Notes: a model not told the origin generated them from the letters alone. A stretch of 54,081 bases of DNA from an uncultured Bdellovibrionales bacterium (GCA_964404075.1 CAYOIM010000001.1:1-54081), one strand, 5' to 3'; positions 1 through 7,408 are shown, counted from the first letter of the stretch. Numbers and translations: made by a program.

Positions 1-696
1 GACGATATGCGTCGTCACGATGAAATCCTTGAATCGTCCCGCGAATTTCTTCTGCAAGTATTCCACCTTCGGAAGCCTCGTCTCCTTGTTCTCGCGCTCT
101 TCCGTCGCCAAGACCACGATCATCTGCTCCTTGGGAAAGTTCACATCGAGAAGCGACTGTATCGCCGGCTCGATGATCTCCGCCGACTCCCCCGCGGTCG
201 GGAGAAGCACGACATGCACGATCTGCCGCCAATCGAGAATTTCGTCCTGGATCGGAATGAGCGCCTCCACCTCTCTCAGGTGTGACTCCGTCTGCCATAT
301 CCATTTCCGCAAGACAAGCTGATCTCGCAATTTGAAAATTGGAGTTTCCTTGATCGCCTCACGGTATCGATGGATGCGGTCACGAATCATATCGGCATAC
401 ACAGTCGGCTTCCCGATATTCTGACACCGCTCCCACCAATCGATCTTCTTCCCCTCACGCAGGGTGAAATGCCCCGAGAGCGAATAATACGAGACGAACA
501 CCGTCCGATAGATCCAGTAGATATCGAAGACGATGATGAACACGGCCGCGACGACCGGTTGGAAAAAAGAAAGCGCGAGCATGCCGATAAGCGTCGTCCA
601 GGAGAGCGTCCCCGGAACCATCTCCAGCACCCTCTGCACGAATCGCTCCCTTGGAACCGTTGTCTTCGGGTCGGGAAAGTGAAAATTCGGATCCAT
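1..696 (-). CDS. Glycosyltransferase family 2-like membrane protein, N-terminal part (gene runs off the left edge)
   Basis: Absent from the ORF track because no stop lies inside the window. Hand translation of the minus strand from ATG (696-694) gives 232 stop-free codons: MDPNFHFPDPKTTVPRERFVQRVLEMVPGTLSWTTLIGMLALSFFQPVVAAVFIIVFDIYWIY... This is two hydrophobic helices followed by IVHVVLLPTAGESAEIIEPAIQSLLDVNFPKEQMIVVLATEERE, the usual beginning of a GT-A/GT2 catalytic domain. Confidence 0.6.
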   Translation of the reverse strand, partial: MDPNFHFPDPKTTVPRERFVQRVLEMVPGTLSWTTLIGMLALSFFQPVVAAVFIIVFDIYWIYRTVFVSYYSLSGHFTLREGKKIDWWERCQNIGKPTVYADMIRDRIHRYREAIKETPIFKLRDQLVLRKWIWQTESHLREVEALIPIQDEILDWRQIVHVVLLPTAGESAEIIEPAIQSLLDVNFPKEQMIVVLATEERENKETRLPKVEYLQKKFAGRFKDFIVTTHIV

Positions 697-911
697 ATCA
701 GCAAAACACAAATTTCAAACCACAAAAACCAAACAAATATGACTTTGCAGTGTTAAATATACCCTAAAACGAGCCATTTGTCCAGAAAGAAAAATATCCG
801 CCATTGAGTGTTTGTACTTTTGAAATCCGTGCTTTGTTTGATTTGTGTGTTTTAAGTTTTGTATTTTTCCTCCTCATACTCAAAATTGCCGCAATTCTGT
901 ATACTATAGGT

Positions 912-2183
912 ATGAATACACTCGGAAAAAAAATACTCAAATTTCCAAATGGTTTTCTCTGGGGTGCATCCACCTCCGCGCATCAGGTCGAGGGTGGCAA
1001 CTACAATGATTGGTCCGAATGGGAAAAGCAGAGCGCCACTCGCCTCGCACGAGAATCGAGGGGACACTTCGGTCACCTGCCCTCCTGGGAGTTCTCGAGG
1101 CGCGAAGCCGAGGAGCCCGACAACTATCTCTCCGGTACCGCTTGCGATCATTACCATCGCTATGAGGAAGATTTCGATCTCGCGCAATCCCTCGGGCACA
1201 ATGCTCACCGCTTCGGCATCGAATGGTCGCGCATCGAACCTGCGGAGGGCGTCTTCGATATGGAAGCGATCGGGCATTATCAAAGCGTCATCCGCGCCCT
1301 CCGCGAGCGGAACATGGAACCGTTCGTCACCCTCTGGCACTGGACGCTCCCTCTTTGGCTCGCCGAAAAGGGGGGTATCGCACACCCTGATTTCCCGCGG
1401 TATTTCAGTACCTACACGGAAGTCATCGCGAAAGCACTCGGCCGCGAAGTCAGGTTCTGGATCACGCTCAACGAACCCGAAGTGCTCGCCTCGCATGGCT
1501 ACCTGAAGGGTGCCTGGCCCCCGCAGAAAAAAAATATCCTCACTTTCTATCATGTTCTGAAAAATCTCATTGCCGCGCACCAGCTCGCCTATCATACCAT
1601 CAAAAAATACGATACCGACTGCCAGATCGGCATCGCCAAACATCAGGTCGTCTTCGAGGTAGCGCGCGATACCGTCATCAATACTCTCCTCAAAAAAATT
1701 GCGCACTCCCTTTGGAACGAGTGGTTCCTCAATCAGATCAAAGACTCACAGGATTTCATCGGGCTCAATTTCTACAACCGCAATGTCATCGACAACGGCT
1801 TCGGAAAAAATCCGAACAAGCGCGTCACCGACTTCGGCTGGGAATTTCATCCCGAATCCCTCTTCCAGGCACTCATGGATCTGAAACGATACCAAAAGCC
1901 GATCTACATCACCGAAAACGGTCTCGCCGATGCCAGAGATACGATGCGCGAGGAATGGATATGGAAATCCGTCTACGCCGTACGCAAAGCACTCTCTCAT
2001 GATATCGATATCCGCGGATACCTCCACTGGTCGCTCCTCGACAATTTCGAGTGGGACAAAGGCTACTGGCTCCGCTTCGGTCTCATCGCCGTCGATCGCA
2101 AGACGATGAAACGCACCATCCGCCCCAGTGCCTACACCTACGCCCGCATCTGCCGGAGTAATCAGATAGAAATACATGGCTAG
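912..2183 (+). CDS. Glycoside hydrolase family 1 beta-glucosidase
   Basis: ORF 804..2183. GH1 hallmarks: FPNGFLWGASTSAHQVEGG, acid/base TLNEPEV, nucleophile YITENGLAD. Start moved to the first ATG (912, MNTLGKKILKFPNGF). The tracked start is TTG and the extra 36 codons look like hydrophobic read-through of the upstream region. Confidence 0.9.
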   Translation: MNTLGKKILKFPNGFLWGASTSAHQVEGGNYNDWSEWEKQSATRLARESRGHFGHLPSWEFSRREAEEPDNYLSGTACDHYHRYEEDFDLAQSLGHNAHRFGIEWSRIEPAEGVFDMEAIGHYQSVIRALRERNMEPFVTLWHWTLPLWLAEKGGIAHPDFPRYFSTYTEVIAKALGREVRFWITLNEPEVLASHGYLKGAWPPQKKNILTFYHVLKNLIAAHQLAYHTIKKYDTDCQIGIAKHQVVFEVARDTVINTLLKKIAHSLWNEWFLNQIKDSQDFIGLNFYNRNVIDNGFGKNPNKRVTDFGWEFHPESLFQALMDLKRYQKPIYITENGLADARDTMREEWIWKSVYAVRKALSHDIDIRGYLHWSLLDNFEWDKGYWLRFGLIAVDRKTMKRTIRPSAYTYARICRSNQIEIHG

Positions 2184-2185
2184 CC

Positions 2186-2213
2186 TTGCAGAAAAGCGGT
2201 TTTATGCTATGAT
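2186..2213 (+). promoter_or_regulatory. Sigma70-like promoter candidate for the tRNA-Glu transcription unit
   Basis: TTGCAG (2186-2191), 16-nt spacer, TATGAT (2208-2213). It lies directly after the GH1 stop and about 40 nt upstream of the first tRNA-like segment. Confidence 0.4.
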
Positions 2214-2255
2214 GCTTCTGCAGTATTTCGCTGTTTTTTTGTTGCACGAGCACCT

Positions 2256-2286
2256 GGCCCCATCGTCTATCGGTTAGGACGCCGGC
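2256..2286 (+). other. tRNA 5'-half-like segment (acceptor strand, D-arm, 5' anticodon-stem strand) with no local 3' partner
   Basis: GGCCCCATCGTCTATCGGTTAGGACGCCGGC. Positions 2260-2283 are identical (24 nt) to 2341-2364 of the complete tRNA-Glu downstream. No T-arm or matching acceptor strand follows before 2337. Confidence 0.6.
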
Positions 2287-2296
2287 TTTATTCATT

Positions 2297-2436
2297 CCCG
2301 CACCGAAGGTTGAATAGGACTGCACAGAGCATATATGCCGCCATCGTCTATCGGTTAGGACGCCAGGTTTTCATCCTGGTAAGCGGGGTTCGACTCCCCG
2401 TGGCGGTACAAGAAAAAATTCGACTTTTGGTGCGGG
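2297..2436 (+). repeat. Long-range inverted repeat forming a 19-bp helix around tRNA-Glu
   Basis: 2297-2315 (CCCGCACCGAAGGTTGAAT) pairs with 2418-2436 (ATTCGACTTTTGGTGCGGG): 16 Watson-Crick and 3 G-U pairs. All three non-WC pairs are G-U only in the plus-strand RNA. The enclosed loop 2316-2417 (102 nt) contains the whole tRNA-Glu. Confidence 0.7.
2337..2408 (+). tRNA. tRNA-Glu (anticodon UUC)
   Basis: Hand-folded cloverleaf. Acceptor GCCGCCA/TGGCGGT (G1-U72). D-arm GTCT-ATCGGTTA-GGAC. Anticodon arm CCAGG-TTTTCAT-CCTGG. 4-nt variable loop TAAG. T-arm CGGGG-TTCGACT-CCCCG. Discriminator A. CCA is not encoded. Confidence 0.9.
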
Positions 2437-2440
2437 ACAG

Positions 2441-2475
2441 GCCTGGTAAGAGGGGTTCGATTCCCCTTTAGGCTA
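2441..2475 (+). other. tRNA 3'-half-like segment (3' anticodon-stem strand, variable loop, intact T-arm, 3' acceptor strand)
   Basis: GCCTGG-TAAG-AGGGG-TTCGATT-CCCCT-TTAGGCT-A. It parallels the 3' half of tRNA-Glu (CCTGGTAAG, GGGGTTCGA, TCCCC shared). It carries a compensatory T-stem change: AGGGG/CCCCT versus CGGGG/CCCCG. Confidence 0.6.
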
Positions 2476-2488
2476 CATTGCTGAAATC

Positions 2489-2510
2489 ACCGGTTTTACA
2501 CCGGTTTTTT
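2489..2510 (+). terminator. Weak intrinsic terminator after the tRNA block
   Basis: ACCGG (2489-2493) / CCGGT (2501-2505) 5-bp stem, 7-nt loop, followed by a T-run to 2510. Confidence 0.45.
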
Positions 2511-2609
2511 CTTGTCTTCCTTTATACTTTATACTCCATACCTTATACTGCCTATATTGCCTCCCATTTGACCAATATCCATTAGCCAGTATCAAATATC
2601 AGCATTCTT

Positions 2610-3920
2610 ATGCGTATCCTCTCCATCGAAACATCCTGCGACGAGACGGCTTGCGCCATCATTGAGATGAGCGACGGCACACCTGCCATCCTCGCGAACA
2701 TTGTTTCCTCACAAGTCGAGGCGCACGCGAAATTCGGCGGGGTCGTCCCCCAGCTTGCCGCGCGCATGCATATCGAGAACATCGTTCCGGTACTCGACGC
2801 GACACTTCGGGAAGCGCACATGACGAAAGATGACATCGACCTCATCGCGGTCACGCAGGGTCCCGGACTCATCCCCGCGCTCCTCATCGGTGTCACTGCG
2901 GCGAAGACGCTCTCCCTCCTCTGGAAAAAGCCCCTCATCGGGATACATCATATCGAGGGACACATTTACGCGAATTTTTTAGAAAAAAATATCGCAATAT
3001 CAAATATCAAATATCAAATATCAAATGAAAATTCTCAAATTCCAAGATCCAAAATAAAGTCCAGATTCCAGATTCCAGATTCCAGATTCCCTTTAGTAGC
3101 TCTCGTTGTTTCCGGAGGACACACAGAGCTCGTGCTCATGCAGGATCATTTCCAGTATGAAATTCTCGGCGAGACAGAAGACGATGCCGTCGGTGAAGCC
3201 TTCGACAAGGTGGCGCGCATGCTAGGGCTTCCCTACCCAGGAGGACCCACCGTATCACGAAAGGCAGATGCCTTTCGTGAACGGAATTTCAAATTTCAAA
3301 TGACAAATGAAAAAATAAATACTACATTCGATATTCAACATTCAACATTCTCTTTCCCTCGTCCGATGATCAATTCCGATAACTATAATTTCTCCTTCTC
3401 CGGATTGAAAACTTCCGTCCTGTATTTCCTGAAAAAAAATGAGGAACGATTGAAAGACGAATCGTTCATCGACGAAGTCTGTCACGAATTCCAAGAAGCG
3501 GTCGTCGATGTACTCGTCGAGAAATCGAGAAGGGCTATCGAGGAATTTCAGCCGAGAACATTCGTCATTGCCGGTGGTGTCTCCGCCAATGTCCGGTTAC
3601 GCAATCAACTACACGACATGATCAACGAAATCAACAGCGCCAGAAACAGCGGTTCAACCCCTGTACAAGGAACAGGAACAGGGGTTGAACCGCTGTTTGT
3701 TCGGTTTATGATGCCAAAATCCGCCTATTCGCTCGACAATGCCGCCATGATCGGTGCGGCCGCCGCTTTCCGATATGAGCGCATGAACGAAAAACAAAAG
3801 AAATTGCTCAATGAAAACTGGCGCACCCTCGAAGCCAGCGCCAGCCTTACGCTATCCAGTATCTCAAAAAATCATTTCAGGACATTCCCTCCTGTCCAGC
3901 AAAACAAAAAGTCTGTATAA
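2610..3920 (+). CDS. tsaD: tRNA N6-adenosine threonylcarbamoyltransferase TsaD (Kae1/Gcp family) with three repeat-encoded insertions
   Basis: ORF 2610..3920. Family motifs: MRILSIETSCDETACAII, HHIEGH, VVSGGHTEL, GLPYPGGP, FSFSGLKT, DNAAMIG. At 436 aa it is roughly 90-100 aa longer than typical TsaD. The extra residues coincide with AT-rich tandem repeats (2988-3095, 3285-3350) and a perfect palindrome (3644-3698). Confidence 0.9.
   Translation: MRILSIETSCDETACAIIEMSDGTPAILANIVSSQVEAHAKFGGVVPQLAARMHIENIVPVLDATLREAHMTKDDIDLIAVTQGPGLIPALLIGVTAAKTLSLLWKKPLIGIHHIEGHIYANFLEKNIAISNIKYQISNENSQIPRSKIKSRFQIPDSRFPLVALVVSGGHTELVLMQDHFQYEILGETEDDAVGEAFDKVARMLGLPYPGGPTVSRKADAFRERNFKFQMTNEKINTTFDIQHSTFSFPRPMINSDNYNFSFSGLKTSVLYFLKKNEERLKDESFIDEVCHEFQEAVVDVLVEKSRRAIEEFQPRTFVIAGGVSANVRLRNQLHDMINEINSARNSGSTPVQGTGTGVEPLFVRFMMPKSAYSLDNAAMIGAAAAFRYERMNEKQKKLLNENWRTLEASASLTLSSISKNHFRTFPPVQQNKKSV
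2996..3023 (+). repeat. Heptanucleotide tandem array (AATATCA)x4 inside tsaD
   Basis: Four perfect 7-nt units read directly from the sequence. Translated in frame as ...SNIKYQISN... Confidence 0.9.
3061..3088 (+). repeat. Heptanucleotide tandem array (CCAGATT)x4 inside tsaD
   Basis: Four perfect 7-nt units. Translated as ...RFQIPDSRF... Confidence 0.9.
3644..3698. repeat. Perfect 21-bp-arm palindromic element inserted in frame in tsaD (ACAGCGG-type)
   Basis: AAACAGCGGTTCAACCCCTGT (3644-3664), 13-nt loop, ACAGGGGTTGAACCGCTGTTT (3678-3698). The arms are exact reverse complements. The ends AAACAGCGG...CCGCTGTTT match the intergenic repeat at 31354-31400. It encodes ...RNSGSTPVQGTGTGVEPLF..., which is extra relative to the usual LR(~22 aa)DNAAMI spacing of TsaD. 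Confidence 0.85.
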
Positions 3921-3939
3921 ATTACAGACTTTTTGTTTT
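3906..3939. terminator. Bidirectional intrinsic terminator (tsaD / tRNA-Tyr)
   Basis: AAAAAGTCTGTA (3906-3917) / TACAGACTTTTT (3923-3934) 12-bp stem, with T-rich tracts on both strands. It overlaps the tsaD stop codon. Confidence 0.7.
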
Positions 3940-3943
3940 GCTG

Positions 3944-4026
3944 TGGGTAGGGAGGGATTCGAACCCCCGAAGCCCGAAGGCGAGAGATTTACAGTCTCTT
4001 GTGATAGACCACTCCACCACCTACCC
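3944..4026 (-). tRNA. tRNA-Tyr (anticodon GUA)
   Basis: Minus-strand cloverleaf. Acceptor GGGTAGG/CCTACCC. D-arm GTGG/TCAC. Anticodon arm AGAGA-CTGTAAA-TCTCT. Long variable arm CGCCTTCGGGCTTC. T-arm GGGGG-TTCGAAT-CCCTC. Discriminator A. Confidence 0.9.
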
Positions 4027-4203
4027 AATTGTTCATGTCAAAATCCAAATTTCAAATACCAAAAGAGATTTCCTTTTTCAGTGTGAGATTTGAGATTACG
4101 ACTGAGTCACCTGTCAGGCTCGAACTCCTACCTACCGGCAGACAGGGACGACCCATGTACCCTGTCACTCATCTATACTACACCATCCACATCTTTTCAG
4201 CTG

Positions 4204-4276
4204 AGCCGGAGGACGGGCTTGAACCGACGACATCCAGTTTACAAAACTGGCGCTCTACCAACTGAGCTACTCCGGC
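4204..4276 (-). tRNA. tRNA-Thr (anticodon UGU)
   Basis: Minus-strand cloverleaf. Acceptor GCCGGAG/CTCCGGC. D-arm GCTC-AGTTGGTA-GAGC. Anticodon arm CCAGT-TTTGTAA-ACTGG. T-loop TTCAAGC. The T-stem GTCGG/CCGTC has one U-U mismatch. Confidence 0.8.
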
Positions 4277-4454
4277 AAGTTCTTCATACATACCCAGTAA
4301 ACATCATGAGTGGCAGGGCGAGCAAAACCGTCGCTCCACGCCCGAACGACTGAATCGTTCAGTCGGGCGGGTACCAACTGAGCCAAGGTAGCATATCCCT
4401 TCCGCAGAAGAAATGCTTTTTCATGGTATCAGGATTTCCACGAGATGGAAACAC

Positions 4455-5198
4455 TCATGCGGTCTTCTGTTCCTCTATCATGCGTTCGAGCTTTCTGATC
4501 TTCACCTTCACCATACGATGTACCGGGGAGAGCTTCAGCACCTGGCGATAGCACGCTTTCGCATCGCTCACATCGCCCCGTTCGAGATAATAATCCCCCA
4601 AAGCCTCGTACGCGGAGACATTCTTCGGATTGGCAGCGATCTTCTTGATCAATCGCTCCTCTTCTTTCATATCGCGCGCGATCACCTTGTTCGGTTTTGT
4701 CTCAGGTATGACCGCCCGCTCGCTCACCATGGGACGACTCTCGATCGAAACAGGCTCCGAACGCCTGATTTCCGCATCGGTTCGCTCGTTCTCCTTTTGC
4801 ATCCGAAGGATATCCGAATGATCTTCCATGGGCACTTTTCCCTGCTCGAAAAAAGAAATCCTATTTCCTGAAGGTGTCTCTTCTTTTTTCTTGAAATTGA
4901 GGAAAGAAGTGATCAGCATGTCCGATTGATTCCGTCTCTCGTGAAAAGACTGTCCCATGGTATGGAACCAGTTATGAACCCGCAGGGAGAATACCTTGAG
5001 CGATCGAGTCACTCTCTCCAAAAAATGGAAGAGTGCCTGCTTGACGCGAAGCGCCTGCCAAGTACGAAAGGAGCTCTGCCTCCCGATGCTCTCCATCCGC
5101 TCCTGTATCGATACCTGCTCAGACCGGTTGGACAGAAACCAAATAAGGAGCGCGAGGCTCATGATCACGACCACGGGAGGAATAATGAGATACCACAT
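4455..5198 (-). CDS. Membrane-anchored hypothetical protein with a C-terminal TPR-like repeat
   Basis: ORF 4455..5198. N-terminal TM (WYLIIPPVVVIMSLALLIWFL). C-terminal AYEALGDYYLERGDVSDAKACYRQVLKLSP resembles a single TPR unit. Confidence 0.6.
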   Translation of the reverse strand: MWYLIIPPVVVIMSLALLIWFLSNRSEQVSIQERMESIGRQSSFRTWQALRVKQALFHFLERVTRSLKVFSLRVHNWFHTMGQSFHERRNQSDMLITSFLNFKKKEETPSGNRISFFEQGKVPMEDHSDILRMQKENERTDAEIRRSEPVSIESRPMVSERAVIPETKPNKVIARDMKEEERLIKKIAANPKNVSAYEALGDYYLERGDVSDAKACYRQVLKLSPVHRMVKVKIRKLERMIEEQKTA

Positions 5199-5258
5199 AC
5201 GCTACATCCGGCACACAGACAGAATTCAAAACCAAAACCGCCCATCCACATACGGATC

Positions 5259-5837
5259 CTACAGCTCGAAACGGATGAAACTCCCCACCTGAATATTCTC
5301 CCCGATTTTCTGAATCTTCTCCGCGATGAGAGATCCGACCGTCTTCTCGCCCTCCTTCACAAATGCCTGCGTCAGAAGCGCTTTCTCTTCACGAAACTTC
5401 TTTTCCTTGCCAAGGAGAATCTTCTCTACGATATCCGCAGGCTTCCCTGCCACTTCCTCCATCCAAAAAACTCTTTCTTGGGATATTTCTTCCGCCGTCA
5501 CCTCTTCCGGCTTCGTATACTTCGGATTGAGAGCCGCTATATGCATGGCGATATCGCGTCCCAATTCCTGAAATTCGGCATTGCGCGCGACGAAATCCGT
5601 CTCGCAGAGGAGCTTGACGAGGACACCAACCCGACCATTCGAATGAACATACGAGACGATGATGCCCTCCGAAGCATCCCGATCCGATTTTTTCGCCGCC
5701 TTGGCGATACCTTTGAGACGCAGGATGTCGATCGCCTTCGATTCGTCATCTCCTGCCTCATCGAGGGCTTTCTTCACATCCACGACACCGGCTCCCGTCC
5801 TTTCACGGAGAGATTTGATCTGTTCGAGTGTAGCCAT
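5259..5837 (-). CDS. tsf: Elongation factor Ts (short form)
   Basis: MATLEQIKSLRERTGAGVVDVKKALDEAGDDESKAIDILRLKG (UBA-like N-domain), then GRVGVLVKLLCETDFVARNAEF. It sits immediately downstream of rpsB, the usual gene order. Confidence 0.9.
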   Translation of the reverse strand: MATLEQIKSLRERTGAGVVDVKKALDEAGDDESKAIDILRLKGIAKAAKKSDRDASEGIIVSYVHSNGRVGVLVKLLCETDFVARNAEFQELGRDIAMHIAALNPKYTKPEEVTAEEISQERVFWMEEVAGKPADIVEKILLGKEKKFREEKALLTQAFVKEGEKTVGSLIAEKIQKIGENIQVGSFIRFEL

Positions 5838-5919
5838 ATATTTTCTTTCTCTGTATTACCATAAGGAAAGCGCCCGTTCGAAATCTTTGGTCGAAATCTT
5901 TGGACTCCTTCCGTTACAC

Positions 5920-6681
5920 CTATTTCACCCTGGCGTCGACGATATGTTTCCCCAAAACAGAAAAGAGGATGTGAAGGGAGGAAACCGCGTCATCGTTCCC
6001 CGGGATCGGATACTCGATCGAAGAGGGGTCGGCATTCGTATCGACGACCGCGACCACCGGTACGCCCATTCGCGTCGCTTCCTTGAGGGCGATCCCCGCC
6101 TCCTTGGCATCGGCGATGATGAGAGCGCCCGGTCGTTCCCTCATTTCCTTGAGCCCGCCCATTTTTTTCTCCAATCGCTCGATTTCCTCGCCCTTCCGAG
6201 AAAATTCGAATTTCGTCAGATGTGCATACTCGCCACGCGATACTTTCTCCAGCTCGCTCTTCAGATAGAGCGCGCGCTTCTGAATCGAGGCGAAATTCGT
6301 CAGTGTTCCGCCGATGAAACGATCGATCATGTACAACAGTCCGAGCGACTGCGCGAACCCGAGGACGACGCCGTGGGTCTGCTTCTTCATCCCAATAACG
6401 AGAATCGGCTTCCCCGATCGGACGACGCCTGCGAGGAATTTCCCCGCCGTTTCGAGCGCCAATGCTGTCTGCTCGAGATCGATGATATCGATATTCCTGC
6501 GCGTCTCATAGATATACTGACGCATCTTCGGCGAACGGCGAGATGAGAGGTGTCCGAAATGAACACCGGCTCGAAGGAATGATTCGAGGTCCGTTTTTCC
6601 CTTCGAGAAATCAAAACTGGCCACGGGAATACCCATTCCCCCCGCTGTTTCGGTTGCGGTAACCGGAGTACCAAGAATCAT
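5920..6681 (-). CDS. rpsB: 30S ribosomal protein S2
   Basis: FLRAGVHFGHLSSRRSPKMRQYIYETRRNIDIIDLEQT. AAGGA Shine-Dalgarno about 7 nt upstream of ATG 6681. Confidence 0.9.
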   Translation of the reverse strand: MILGTPVTATETAGGMGIPVASFDFSKGKTDLESFLRAGVHFGHLSSRRSPKMRQYIYETRRNIDIIDLEQTALALETAGKFLAGVVRSGKPILVIGMKKQTHGVVLGFAQSLGLLYMIDRFIGGTLTNFASIQKRALYLKSELEKVSRGEYAHLTKFEFSRKGEEIERLEKKMGGLKEMRERPGALIIADAKEAGIALKEATRMGVPVVAVVDTNADPSSIEYPIPGNDDAVSSLHILFSVLGKHIVDARVK

Positions 6682-6920
6682 GGTTTTTCCTTAAATGCTT
6701 ACAGCCACCTGCCCCCTCTTTCCCTGCGAACCCCGTAATCCCGCCGAGGCAGGACAGGAAGGAGTTCAGAAGAGGCATGTTTGATACTTTCCAAAAGAAA
6801 GAAACAACGAAGGAATCCTATCTCATTTCATGACCCTTGTCAATTTCAAAAAAGCATGCTACGATTCGGGGCGTCAGAGGATAGGATATGACTCCCCTCT
6901 CTTGAATTGTATTATCATCT

Positions 6921-7235
6921 ATGAAACAGGGAATCCATCCACAATACACCGAGGAAGCTACCATCACTTGTGCGTGCGGGGCTGTTTTCGAGACAGGTTC
7001 GACCACCCCGATGATGAAGATCGAGATCTGCTCCCAATGTCATCCGTTCTATACCGGAAAGAAGAAATTCATCGATGCCGGCGGGCGCGTCGATCGTTTC
7101 AAGAAGCTTTCCGACAAAGCGAAAATCGCCAAGGAAACGCACACGACGCTGAAAATGAAGAAGGCGGAAAAGGTCGTGGCGAGCAAGGAAAAAGAAGGGG
7201 GGAAGGCGAAGAAAGAAGTTGCCGAAATACAATAG
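6921..7235 (+). CDS. rpmE: 50S ribosomal protein L31 (Cys-containing type) with Lys-rich C-terminal tail
   Basis: [20 protein letters not shown]...[28 protein letters not shown]. Confidence 0.9.
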   Translation: MKQGIHPQYTEEATITCACGAVFETGSTTPMMKIEICSQCHPFYTGKKKFIDAGGRVDRFKKLSDKAKIAKETHTTLKMKKAEKVVASKEKEGGKAKKEVAEIQ

Positions 7236-7259
7236 CTCCCAGTAAGATTTCTTACCCGT

Positions 7260-7285
7260 CCCGCTCTGACATCCGTTTGAGCGGG
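7260..7285 (+). terminator. Possible rpmE terminator hairpin
   Basis: CCCGCTC (7260-7266) / GAGCGGG (7279-7285) with a 12-nt loop. The downstream T-tract is weak (ATTCTT). Confidence 0.35.
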
Positions 7286-7321
7286 ATTCTTGCTACAATA
7301 GAGAGAGATGAGAGGTGGAAA

Positions 7322-7408
7322 TTTTTATAACGGTCGCTCCGCCCGCCCGCAACGGTTCGCGTAGCGATTCGGGCAGGCTTTTGGAGCGGTGCGTCCGCTG
7401 TAAAAAAA
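7322..7408. repeat. ACAGCGG-type palindromic (REP-like) element, copy with an expanded loop
   Basis: TTTTTATAACGGTCGCTCCGC...CTTTTGGAGCGGTGCGTCCGCTGTAAAAAAA. Its ends and core match the reverse complement of copies at 43414 and 46287. An extra ~35 nt GC-rich segment sits in the loop. Confidence 0.75.

Noticed and set aside
2996-3088. A CRISPR array or other spaced repeat in the AT-rich repeat blocks.
   Set aside because: The units are 7 nt and strictly tandem with no spacers. They lie inside an open reading frame. No cas genes are present in the window.
4100-4200. A canonical tRNA between tRNA-Thr and tRNA-Tyr (GTTCGAGCC looks like a T-loop).
   Set aside because: I could not build a 5-bp T-stem, a D-arm or an anticodon arm around it on either strand. 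It is kept only as a tRNA-half-like segment in the findings.
4029-4353. Plus-strand ORFs 4029..4265 and 4090..4353.
   Set aside because: They overlap tRNA-Thr and structured tRNA-flanking sequence on the other strand. They have no RBS and no plausible protein sequence.
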